A stretch of 63,625 nt of DNA, filler included, from Choristocarpus tenellus KU-1152 (lineage: Eukaryota > Protista > Phaeophyceae), in assembly GCA_964200185.2 (NCBI GenBank). It is 11 parts of 11 records of this genome, joined end to end, with 100 filler letters (N's around TTAATTAATTAA, not from the genome) between each part and the next. Parts side by side here need not be neighbours in the genome. Positions count along the whole stretch, not along the records: positions 48,335 to 52,787 come from CAXNAD020014480.1; positions 52,888 to 59,162 come from CAXNAD020008507.1; positions 59,263 to 63,625 come from CAXNAD020014906.1; 8 more parts are not named here. One strand, 5' to 3'. A model generated the notes under the pieces. It did no database searches and was not told the DNA's origin. It worked only from the letters and a program-made list of their open reading frames with translations. Shown piece after piece: positions 48,767-60,937 of this stretch; the first letter of the stretch is position 1; each line of letters opens with the position of its first letter. The position numbers and the translations under genes were made by a program.

Positions 48767-51700
48767 TCACTGCGTCTCAATTGGGACGAGGGTCTGCCCC
48801 AAGGCTTCCGGCAGGCAGGAAGGGCCTATCACGCGTTCTTGAACAAGAGACGTGGATACCTGCAACATCATGTGCGTACATGTGACAGCCCAACCATGTG
48901 GCATTCCAGAGTTTGCCATGCGATAAGGTTACGTCATGTACGTAGGGGTTATTCTGGCGTTAGTTCAATATCTTGAGGTGTACCGCAGCACGTTGTTTTT
49001 TCGTGTGGGGATGGAGGACAGTACAACGTACCGACACTCACACACAAAGTCGTGGGGTCTCGCGATTTCCGTTTGTGGTGTGGGTCACTGCGTGCACCGT
49101 GTTAGCAACGTATAAACATGGACAAGGAAACATCACTACCACAACCGCACGCCCGACAAATATCCGTAGCGAACGAAGACAGACAGTAAGTTGGAAAGAA
49201 ATGGAAAAAAGTCAGCACACCCTTTTACCTTCCACTTGCCGTCCTTGTAGGCTTGGCCGAAGGAGGTCTCCATCTTCTCTTTCACATCGTCCTTTGACGC
49301 CGCATTGGACACGAACACCTCCACCCTCCTGCTCCGTTCAAGGGACGTCTCCGTCACGTTGTTCCTCTCTGCGTTGAAGGAGACGACGGTGTCCCCAGGA
49401 TTCGTGTACCTATCATAGGAGGGCGAGTCGAAAATTATCCCGAGGAGTACATTGTATTGTGCACGGATTCATCATATGGCAATGTACGAGTAACGTACTG
49501 ATTCAGGGCAACACACTCATGGTGCGGTTTGACCTGTAACGTACTGATTCAGGGAAACACACTCATGGTACGGTTTGACGCCCCTGAACCATCACCCAGC
49601 TTGTTGCCTTACTGTTTAACGATGATCTACACCTATACGAAAAAAGTCGTTGCTCCCGTGAACAAGGGCGTGTGTGACGTAATTAACAAACCTGTTAACG
49701 AGGAAGTGGAGGCCCCTCATGGGGATGTCCGTTGCAGCACCTTGGTACTCGACGTCACACATGGTTTGGAGCACCGGAGGAGATGGATCACTCCCGTGGC
49801 CAAAGATGTCGTCGACGGTGACTCGCTTGTTGTACGTGAACTCTGTCCCATCGTTGTGCGCGAGAAGAATAATGTCCTGACAACATCTGAGATGGTTATC
49901 AGTGCCTGCGAGAGGTCGCCCCCCCCCCCTCGTCTTGTGCATTGTAAGTAGGGGATGATCTTCCACAACCAAGCCCACCTTCGATGCCATAAGAGCCCCT
50001 GAATGAAGAGAAGGCGGGAGCGAGCGCGTGGGTCTGGCATGCGTTAAACTTGACAGTGACAGCACACAAGTACGGTATCGTTGAGCTTCACGAAATTGCG
50101 TACCACTAACATAATAATAGTATAACAAGGGTGGAACGCAAGCCAAATAACAAATGCAAAAATTCAAACAATAGGAAATTCGTTAATAGAAGGAAAGACG
50201 GCAAAAAAAAGTAGTGAAGACAAGTAACACCAGCATGCGATTCGCGGACAATCAAACAAAGAACTACGAAGGACCCGGGGGCAAAGAGCAAGAGACACAA
50301 AAGGAAATACAAGGTACGAAGAAGATAAAACAACATGGGGAAAGCGAAAAAAAAAGACACACGACAGAATCCGCATCTCCTGAACGGCCGCCACCGTTTC
50401 CGATGGACACACGGGCGGACTGATAACGACTATGGCGGATTGCAATAGTCTCCCACAATACACCCCGTATTTCCGCGCTGGCGAGCTCTGCAACTCACCG
50501 TGTAGGCGGTGTGATTGCACGGCCCACGGGTGGGGCACAAATAGCGTGATGGTGCCCTGAGGATGTAACTTAACCTGCAAGTACTTCATCACCTGGCGCA
50601 AGTGGGTGTTGGTCGCCTCTTCGTCGTTGAGGAGTCTTGGCTCGGTGGTGATGGACACTATGTCGAGCTTTGGGGCGTTGCGGAAGGCGAACTCTTTCAG
50701 GCCACCTAAGGGTAGTGTCGGGTCGAGAGGGCGAAGGTCGTGTAGTGCAGTGTTCTCAGCCCTGGTTGGACATCATGACACATGACACAGTACACATACA
50801 GCACGACAAAAAGGACAGCATCGTAAACAATGGTGCAGGCAATTGTATCATTAAGTGAGGACCTGATAATTTTTCCCGGCATCCCCAAAATGTTAAGCCG
50901 TACCCTCCACAACGCCAGACCCATCAGATACATCTCGTGGAAGGAGGGGAGATGTCAGACAGGTAAGTTCAATGGCCCATGGAAACCTCCAAAAAAATGC
51001 CATACCGAACACACAAAGGACGAGCAATCCACATGATGTACAACCAGCCAAGACCCACGTGCAAACCAAAGCGAAGCCGAACACGCAGAGACGACTTGTA
51101 TGTCCGTAAATGTGCAACCATGCCAAGACCCATATGCACTTCTCCATGTCCGCCGTTTCGTTGCGTGAGGGGGGACGTAAAGGGCTTTGCCTGCTGGGTG
51201 ACCCGCCCGCACTCCTTGCGTTACGTTTACCCTTACCCTTGCCCCTGCCCCGACCCGTCGCTGCATTCCCCATCGGTCCAGTCCCTTCACTGCCCTCCTG
51301 TGCCACGGGGCAATTGATAAACAATCGATCCTTGTGCCTCTCGTCGCCCACAATCTCCACGTTGGCACATTTGCCCATGTGCGTGATGGAGCACTTTGGG
51401 CAGGAATACCTGCCGCGCGTGGCATAGAATGAGAGCGTCAAACAGACAGAACATCATTTTTTCAAATCATTAATTGGGCGCAACAACGCAATGCGGGGAT
51501 CCACGGCTACGACGGACCCCAAAATTGGCGGCACAAAACAATACGAAGTACAGGTGAGATACAACAGTCGGTTGCGACATGTACTAAAACACTCGGGCTG
51601 TGGCAAACAAAGAGACCTGGGGGTAGCGACTGCAGCACCACACACAGAGGGACCCCGCGACATCCACCGGTGTGGTGGCATGCATTGCTGAAGCAAGACA

Positions 51701-52787
51701 ACTTAGTTAGCCGTTCGGACGATCGGATGAAAACCAATCTTACGCCATTAATTACCCGCCTTCCGCATGTGCACCATTACAACTATATTACTCACCGAGC
51801 TGTAGGTGGAGGATTGCATTCAGTACAGCAAACGCCCGCATTCCACCCTCCATGGCCGTTTTGTTCGTCTTCCGCACCAGGAACGCTGTCAACAGAACCC
51901 CCCTCGCCTGTATCCTCCCTGTCTGGCAGTCTGTCCCCTCCCTCATCTTCGTCCCCTCCTTTGTGCTCGCACCCTCCCTCATCTTCTTTCTCCCCGCCAT
52001 CTGATGCCGATCTGTTGTTGCTCTCGACGTCGGCCCCGCCACCATCACCGCCCCGCCTGCTGTGGACCTGATGGAGGTTGACCTGATTGAGGACATCCTG
52101 GTATTTCCCATCCCAGGTGGTGAGGTAAGCGCGTAGCGTTGAGTCCTTCTGGAGAATCTGGTGGTGGACACGACAGAGAACATTGTTGAGGAGAGGAGGG
52201 GACGGTGGTGACGTAAAAAAATGGGAGAGTGTAGTGGAAGAGCGGTAGCATGTCAATCGAGCAGAGCATACGATACGGTTGAGGTGGTTAACACATCTAA
52301 TGGAGGCGGCTTGCGGGGCGAAGTAGTTTGAAATAAGTCATTGTCGAGGATGCCAGCCTGTCTGTAGGTTATGACAGTGACACATGTTGGAGGTGGGAAC
52401 GAGGTACAGATTGGCCAAGATCTTGTCCGGAGTTGAAGGCAACGGTTGGCTATTCTCGCTTTTAGCAATGAAAGCTGAGATCTGACAAAACAACATCGTT
52501 TGTTGTAGGGAAGGCAACTCTGTAGCTCGTGATGATGACGAAGATCCACCACTAATCCTAGATACGTTAACTAACTGTTGTTGTACAAGCCAGCACAAAT
52601 GTAATTACGAACACAGGAGGCACGTTCACGGCTCTGACCTATTGCAGAGGTTTCATCCCGACTACTGACGAGATATTTGCCCTCAGCTGCTGGACGGGCC
52701 CCGCTTGTTGGTCGCCAGATGAAAGCTTCTGCAGAAGTTGGGCCACCTCCATCTTCCTCTCCTCGTGGTGGGACTTGACTCAGACCT
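48767..52787 (-). pseudogene. Spliced gene: acidic region, PHD-like finger, basic linker and a degenerate beta-class N6A/N4C DNA methyltransferase-like domain
   Basis: The last four exons (50761-50499, 49998-49692, 49409-49229, 48859-48767) are GT-AG, phase-compatible and stop-free. They encode KLDIVSITTEPR...LQVKLHPQGTITLFVP...HPLLTMHK...LRCCQDIILLAHNDG...IPMRGLHFLVNRYTNPGDTVVSFNAE...SRRVEVFVSN...VKEKM. Upstream exon-like blocks carry in-frame stops (TGA 51456-51454, TAA 50895-50893). Confidence 0.65.
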
Positions 52788-55700
52788 NNNNNNNNNNNNN
52801 NNNNNNNNNNNNNNNNNNNNNNNNNNNNNNNTTAATTAATTAANNNNNNNNNNNNNNNNNNNNNNNNNNNNNNNNNNNNNNNNNNNNCGAGGTGGGGAGG
52901 GAGTGAGAGGGAAGATTCCCATCTGCAAGGCCCCTACGTGCCCACCGACCAGTTGTCTCCGCCTTTAAAAGTATCACCCTTTTCTAAATAAAGACTTGTG
53001 CAGGTAAGGACGTACTTCGTATATGTATATATATCCAGCAGCAATCTCCCATTCTATTAGTTAATCGGCACATTATCATTCCTCACGTGAAGCTAGCGCA
53101 TGAAAATGACTTCACCGCACAAAATCAAGCTTATGGGGTATACTCGCAGGATGTTATTCCAATGCCCTAGACACCAGGCGGCATATATATATGTATATAT
53201 ATAAGACCAAGAGGTAACGGCGATCAGATAGAGCTAGCTAGAGTCGGTGAAAGACACAGTCAACGCCCATATATAGATGGTAGGCAAGGTTGATGTGAGC
53301 ACAGGTGTGAGACCAACAGCTGAAATGGTGTTGGACAAACATGTGAGGCGTGACACTACGAGCATACACACAATATCACGAGCTGGTAACACTAGAGACC
53401 AGTTTGAGTGTATTTAGAATCAGCTTAATCCACAGCAGAGGAATGCGATATTGGGTGTTGCGTTTGTAATAGAAATAAATGATCAGTTCTTAACTTATCA
53501 CTACCTAAAGTAACTAAAAAATACATGAAATAGGATATACAATGTCACTGGCCTAACTACACAAGTGAAGCAAAGCATGAATGAGTCATAGTCCACTTCA
53601 GATACTACAGGAGATCATCCACGCCTCTGTGTATGGAGGAACATTGCAGAAGGGAGTGTAAGCCAAGTTTTCGTGCTTGTAGGGGGGCTCCATTCCAACC
53701 ATGAATTCTGTTGGCTCACGGTGGGATACCCCGCTCCACAACTGGTCCGCTTTTCGCGCCTTTCACCTCGCGCGCGTCAGTTTAATCCTTGTATTTCAAA
53801 GCAATTGTTATCCTTAGTACGCACATCTGAAAGAAGACTTGGATGGCAACTTTGGTGAACAGTGCTCTATGGACACGTATGGCTATCTTGGGCATTGTCT
53901 TTCTTTGTTTGGCTGGGAATGGCATGTAGCGTTACTTATCATCATGCTGCTTGGAGGATCTCTAACGCTTTGGGCAATGCCACCCAGAACTCATGTTGAA
54001 ACAGTATTACACACCTAGGACATCATTACACTACTACTTTAATATCACAATGTTAACGCGTGGGTTAACATTTGCAAAACGTAATGGACTTAGTATGCAG
54101 GTGTGTTGGACTGTAGTGTTACTGCCATTGCATAATGTTAGGTGTGCTTTGGAGTGGAGACATGGACTGTTTCGGTCAATAATTACATATTCCTGCCTGT
54201 TGAAAGCAGAGTTGTCTGTTATCATACCGATATTTCTGTAAGTCATATACGGTTATACCGATTGAGTTTCCTCGTCAGGAATCCCGAATTCCAGCGGAGG
54301 ATCTTTCATGATATTGAGGTGTGGAATCTTTGCAAGAGATCAATCCCACAAGTAGTGGATGTCTCTTCAATCAAATATGTCAAACACAAAAGACTCTTTG
54401 TTATCACGTCTTGATATTTCTCATGACCCCTCTCTCATGAGATGCTCTGCGCTTTTTGCACTTGTCCAACCTTAACCTCATCCTCTCCGTTACATTTTGT
54501 CTTGATCCGTCTTGCTTGGTTGATTCTCTTCACCACATTTGCCTGGGTGAACCACGTCTCCACAGAATCATACGGCTCTCATGCCTTTATAACTTACATT
54601 ATTACTACTGTTTCATATGTTACGTTACAGTACAAAATGTAATGCCATCATTTGCTGCATTGATTTGTACTGTGACACAGCGTGATAAAATAATGATTAC
54701 ATCTCGTGTTATGAAACAGTATCGTAACGAACGATGATACAAGGTATGCACTGTTTTATATCATGTAGTTAAGGAGAGACAAAACCCGAAAGATAAGGGA
54801 GAACAACTTGTCATCACATCAATACCACACAACCATTAGAACATGGAGCAACGGGCTAAAACACTGGCAGGATGTCAAGTCTGTTGACCAGATATCATTC
54901 CCAACTATTGCTGAGGACGGCATATCGTCAAAGCTAACGCTTTGGCCAGTGTTCAGCCAGAACCCGGGTACCTCTCCTTTACTTTGGCTCTTCAGCAGCA
55001 TAAATTTCAACATAATGATACAGGACTGCATGATGTTACGCCCTCTTTACACTTTGGATATTGTGACCTCGTAATGTTGGTATGTTACAGCACACAGTGT
55101 TGGTATTGCTATCACAATTAAGATCCTGGAGATTGTTTAGTAGTGGGTGTTGTTAGCCTGTAACAATATGTTGTATCATCACAACATGATGTAGTCTTAC
55201 ATTATTTGTGTCATGACGTAACACACGCTATGATTGAAGGCTACATAGTGTTACAGATATGTATGCTTTGAACCGCACGGTTATGAGCATTACATGGTGG
55301 TGCATGCTTTTTTGACTCCTGTGTTGAGGAAACGAAATTGGTTCATTAGTTTTGAACTATAGTGCTATGGACATTGCATAGAGTTGAGTGTGAAGTTGTC
55401 TAAGGTGGCAGTATTATTAATAATAGAAAGTAGAGCTGCCTTTGACACATTTCAAAGTAAGAGTTTGGTTGAGAACCCGCCTGCATGCACCCACTATGTT
55501 CCTTTTTGGGTGTAAAATGTGAGAAGTAGTACCAATAGTTGGTGTCATTTGACCCGGCATATATTCTAACACGTGTACACATGAAATACAATTAGGGACA
55601 TTCACTTAGAGTGTATGGAGCAAAGCCTGGTAAGCACATTAAATGTTATTACTTCTGTCGTATTGATTCATTGTGGTTGAGATTGTAACACCAATGAACA

Positions 55701-57426
55701 GTGTACAGAGAAGATTTGTGATGGGGAGCATAACAACAAGAACGAATCCTACCACTTCCAGATGTGTGGATAGTTGCAGTTAGTTGTGCGTAGAAATTGA
55801 AGTATAACAAGAAGAAACCGCGATATATCACAACTGTACTTGATCACAGTAAATGCTGACAGCCATATGTCGCACCAGCACAACGGTAATCTCTGCTATT
55901 TTAATTATACTACTCCAGTTGTAGACAACAAGGCACCATTATCTGAACATTGACAGCTACTCCAGATAGTACATAAAAATATCACGTGTATGTAATTCGA
56001 AGATCATAATGCTTATGTAAGAGTTCAGGTTCACAGCAGGAAGCACTTCAACAAATGAGATACTGGATATCATCTTACAGAAGGGGGTGCACTTTGGTTA
56101 ATTACACGTCACTGCAAAAAAATACTGTAAAAATAGTATAGTGAGAGAGGAACGGGCATTGATTCACCCCGGCAAACCCAAGCCCAGACTGCACATCCTC
56201 GAAAGGTAACCCATCTCGACTCATTCGACCCTTCCATGGTCACCAAGCGATGATGCATCTTTGCAACAAAACTTACATCACACGACGAGTATCAAAATAC
56301 CGACTATTGTTGCAAACATTATGCACTTCTAATCGAAATGTGAAAAGTAACAACCTGAGAACATCATACATCCACTCTATTAAAAATGTTGTCTTAATAG
56401 GTGAAGGGCAACCGCTTTCGAAGATAGAGTGCGAAGGCACCTCTAGCAGGGAAAACATTCCGTGAAATCCTCAATAATCTTGACCGGGAGCTTCATCAGC
56501 GTTGTACCACAGGATAAGATTGACTGCGGAATCAGGAGAGAGGGTCATGTAATTGAGTGTAAGGTCAGGACCATTCGAGGTCACTCCGGAGGAACGCACA
56601 TCCTAGGGGCTACCCAATCTAATCGCCTTGAATGACTAAGTGATGTAAGCTGACACAGTATTTCAGTTTACATCGCCATCACTAACTAGAGAGGGCATGG
56701 TCGCATGGTCGACTCCGGAAACTTAATTTTTGGGTTGATAAACAGCTTACCACGGCGCAGCCCAAACAAGGACAGATGACCGACAAGATAGAGCCCACAA
56801 TGTAAAGGATCACACCTATGGGGGAGAGTACGAGGAGATGAGAAATAGCGCGGAGTTGAATGCGTGACGACGGTTGGAGCTGATAACTAAAGTCCTTTCC
56901 AGCACACGACTGCTCAATAACAACGCGGTGTCTGCTCTTCTGGACTCCCAGCAATGCTGCTTACCCAAAAGGGAAAGCACCAGGCTGAGAAATGCGAAGG
57001 GGAGGCTAAGAAGAGGACCGATTATCTTCACCATCTTAGAACCTGGACAAGGAGAGGTTCGTGTTAATTTAGGGTGAGGTTTGGTGGAAAGAGAGTAAAC
57101 CAACAAGTAAGAAACAAGAACTATATTATATTATTATGCGCTCTGACATATCTGCAAAACAAGAACTATAATTTGATTACTAATACAATATCAGTCAATG
57201 TCTCGGACGAATTGTTTGTTGAGTTAACTGGCTTTATCTTGTCGGTAAATATATTTATTCCTTACGTACATAGAAGATATAATTTAAATATTATGTTATT
57301 GATATTTTCGAGATGTATCAAGGACAAAACCAAAGAAAGCCATTCAAGATATATCCTGTGATCAGGGTTGTTGATTGATTATTTTATTTTTATTATTATG
57401 CCTGTTATATTTTGTAGATGTATTTA

Positions 57427-57648
57427 TATTATATTATTATGCCCTCTGACATTTTGCAGATGTATCAGGGAGAAAACAAATGAAAACTATACACGTGTCA
57501 GTATATTAAGCCGTAATAAAGAGATAAAATATCATAAATGTGAAAACACTATAAAACACTCTGTGAAAACCGCTAATCAGTAGCTTCACCAATATCAATA
57601 TTGTACTACTGCCTTCCTGTGCTTCCCATCTACCTATTCCTGCACCCC
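57427..57648 (-). repeat. Family C dispersed repeat; further fragments at ~57120-57420, 58200-58350 (+) and 58525-58590 (-)
   Basis: ttattatgccctctgacattttgcagatgt... is the reverse complement of the family C 3-prime end. Confidence 0.75.
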
Positions 57649-59134
57649 GGGGAGGGGAGCTAGGGAGGCATCCCAAGAATTAAAAAAAAAACTCCGTGCC
57701 CATCTCTCCCTGGTGACTCTAGTTTAAAGCGCATGACACATCGAGACAATGCCACTTGCGTAGTCACCGAAACAATTTGGCGTATCCGGGATTTAACTAC
57801 TCCTTTCTGGCAACTATGTATTATCATAGGGCAAAACCAATTGATTGTTCTTTTATTTATTTTGTGTATCCAAGTATAACGTTTTATACAGACCATAATA
57901 TTGACATCACAATCCGCATCAAGCAATATATGATCTTCCCAGAATCTTCCCATTTGTTGCTCATCTTAAAGACAAACAACCAATCGACAAACTAGATAAC
58001 ACATGTAATAAATGTAGGTGGTACAGATAATTTTTGTTAGTTATTGTGGGTAGAAACATTGAATTTCTTCTCCTTTTCCTTTTCTTCTATTTTCTTTGCA
58101 TTCTTTCCATTTTTCTCTGCTTTTCTCACATCTCTTTTTTTTGTGTAGGTCTCAACAATTGGTATAGGCATATCTAGGTTAGAGGCAAAGGAAGGCCTGG
58201 TACAGCATAGTTGGTAGTAAAATAGCAAACAGAGAAATGTTTTCACATATATGACAACTATTACTTTTTTAGGATTTTTCTGACATGTTATTAGTTTTCA
58301 TTGGTTTCCCCCCTAACACATCTCTAAAATGTTAGAGGGCATAATAATGAAATATTATTGATAGTGTGTAGTGTGTATTACCCTCTTTTTGACTATCTTT
58401 CGACAAGAATGGGATTGGGATTCCTCTTACCAACCTACTACTAATAATGTGAAAATTAGTATGAAACACAGTGACAGCCTCAACAGATATCACCTCCAGT
58501 ATCAAGACGTAGGATGTATACATATGTATTATGATTATGCTCTCTGACATTGTGCAGATGTGTCAGGGGAAAAAACAATGAAAACTACTTACATGTCTAT
58601 CACCACCACCTACCCTCACTACCCTCCCCCCCCTCCACAGGAAATCTAGGCCACCTACCACCACATCCACGTCTGCCTTGGGGGCTTCACACTCCAGGTG
58701 TAGCTTCTGCCCTTGACCAAGTCCAGATGGAGACCCTGGAGCGGGTAAACATCACCACGGTCAAGAAGGTCCCAGGCAGGTTCCGCACCACCAACACAAT
58801 CACCCTCATGCACACAGTGGATCTCCTGATACATGAGGTAACCGCCCCAAGGCTGGAGGAGGGGAACCAACCATAGGGGTCATCAGAGCGTCCAATCTCT
58901 TCCACATGATCTTTGGCCTCTTACTGGTAAATGATGGAAAGTTCTCGAGGGAGGAAAGGTTTGCCCGGGTGGCATCTGGGAACGTCCAAGACCTGGAGAG
59001 GACCCCAAATCCTGCTAGGAATGCGCTTCAGCTTGGGTCACCACCATGGAGGAGACTCCAAGGGGGCGAGTGTGCTCCTAGCATAACCCAGAGCCTCGGG
59101 GATGGAGGAGACTTTCAGTGTGCTGGTCCCCAAA

Positions 59135-59162
59135 GTCTCAAAGTATCTGGGGGGGGTGGCGG
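59135..59162 (+). mobile_element. MITE family B left end at contig edge
   Basis: GTCTCAAAGTATCTGGGGGGGGTGGCGG. Confidence 0.75.
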
Positions 59163-60678
59163 NNNNNNNNNNNNNNNNNNNNNNNNNNNNNNNNNNNNNN
59201 NNNNNNTTAATTAATTAANNNNNNNNNNNNNNNNNNNNNNNNNNNNNNNNNNNNNNNNNNNNCGTAGATGAAGCCGTTAAAAGAAAAAGAGAGGAAAAAA
59301 AAATGTTGTTTGGGAAGAGGGGGGGGGGGGGGGGATGACAAGTACTGACAACTATCAAGGTCATCCTACTGCAATACTACATAGAAATAATGCTCCAGAA
59401 CTAAAGAACCCTGCAGTATCAATACTGCAGTACTAGTGGCAACAAAAATAGAGTACAACATCCGACCAGCAACATCAACACACCAGGGTATCCTCAGTTC
59501 ATGTTTCACTTTTGAGAATGCTGCAGTAGGAATAACGGCCCTTGAACAACTGCAGCACCCCACGAGTGAAACATCCTTGAACAAAAATTAAACACTTTGT
59601 AACAACAGCAAGGAGACTAATTCAGTCACCATACTTAAGAGCACAAATACTCTTCACTGCAGATGTAATGAAAAGAGCAATACCACTAAGCACACCATAT
59701 CAATGAGAGGGTGGGCATGGGCCATATTAAGTGCACAGCAAACTAAAAAAATACAATATCCACCCACCGTCAAATCCTTAACACCCTCCACTGATAAACC
59801 CCTGCCACACAGTCAGAGCAACTCAAGCATAGCATTTCATATACATTCCCCTTCAACTCCCTCTCAGGTATCATTTCCCTTCAAAACAACAGATTATGCT
59901 TACCACGATTCCCTCCGTTGTATGGAGACCCTGCCCTTCATCCACAGTGCTGCCCCAGTTGTGCATTAATAGACACCCACAACATACACACCGAACGAGC
60001 ATATCAAAAACCAGTACCATCCATGGCATCAATCAGCAGTACCACATGACAAAATATCAATAATAATATCAATCAACTATGATGGCTTTTCATAGCATTT
60101 TATTATGATGCCTTTTTCAACCAGTATGCATTGCCTTCTTTGGACTACAGGTACCTTTGACCACGGGTCTGGGATCCCTCAGACTAATATGATGAAATGA
60201 TGACACAATAATTTTTTCATATTATTGCTGTCACTGGCTGCTTCCCTACAAATATTGTTTATTGGAGATGGAAGGCAGTCAAGGGCAAGGGCAACACGCC
60301 GAGGGAAGGGGGAGAAGAGACATGTGGATTGTACAACATACATTATACAAACACAAAACATCATTTCTAAGAAATTCCCTCAAAAAGAGCACAAGTATTC
60401 AGACAGGAAAAGACACACGGGCCTTGATTCCACAATATACCATAACCTTCCTGAAAGAGTTTCTGTCCTTGCTGACCACTAAGCCTTCCTAGACTACCCT
60501 AGGGTAGAGTATTACAACCCAGAGTGCTCTCCAGGAGATTAATAAGCCGTGCCTAATCCCTCTTATCCATGGCTACAGCTGGCTCATGGTACTTATGATA
60601 CATACATCACGAGTGACTGGTGGGAGTAGGTATTTAAACCAGGTATTCCAGATTTTTAAGATGCTTGCAACAATAATT

Positions 60679-60937
60679 GAGTCAAATTATCTTAGAGGGT
60701 AGAGCCACGTCCATTTGGGGACCAAAATGCAATATTGCAATTTTGATGGAATTTTGGCTATCGTGTTTGTTAGGGAATGTCAATATCCTTGTTCCGGACA
60801 CACCTTTTCATAACATACACATTTTACCTACTCCAAAACATTTTGGAGTAGGTAAAATACCATTAAAAACTCATTGGAAGCCAAGTCTGAAATGGACAAA
60901 CAGAGAAAAACTTGTACCCTCTAAGATACTTTCACTC
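60679..60937 (+). mobile_element. MITE family A, full-length, flanked by ATT/ATT
   Basis: GAGTCAAATTATCTTAGAGGGTA ... TACCCTCTAAGATACTTTCACTC. Confidence 0.88.
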
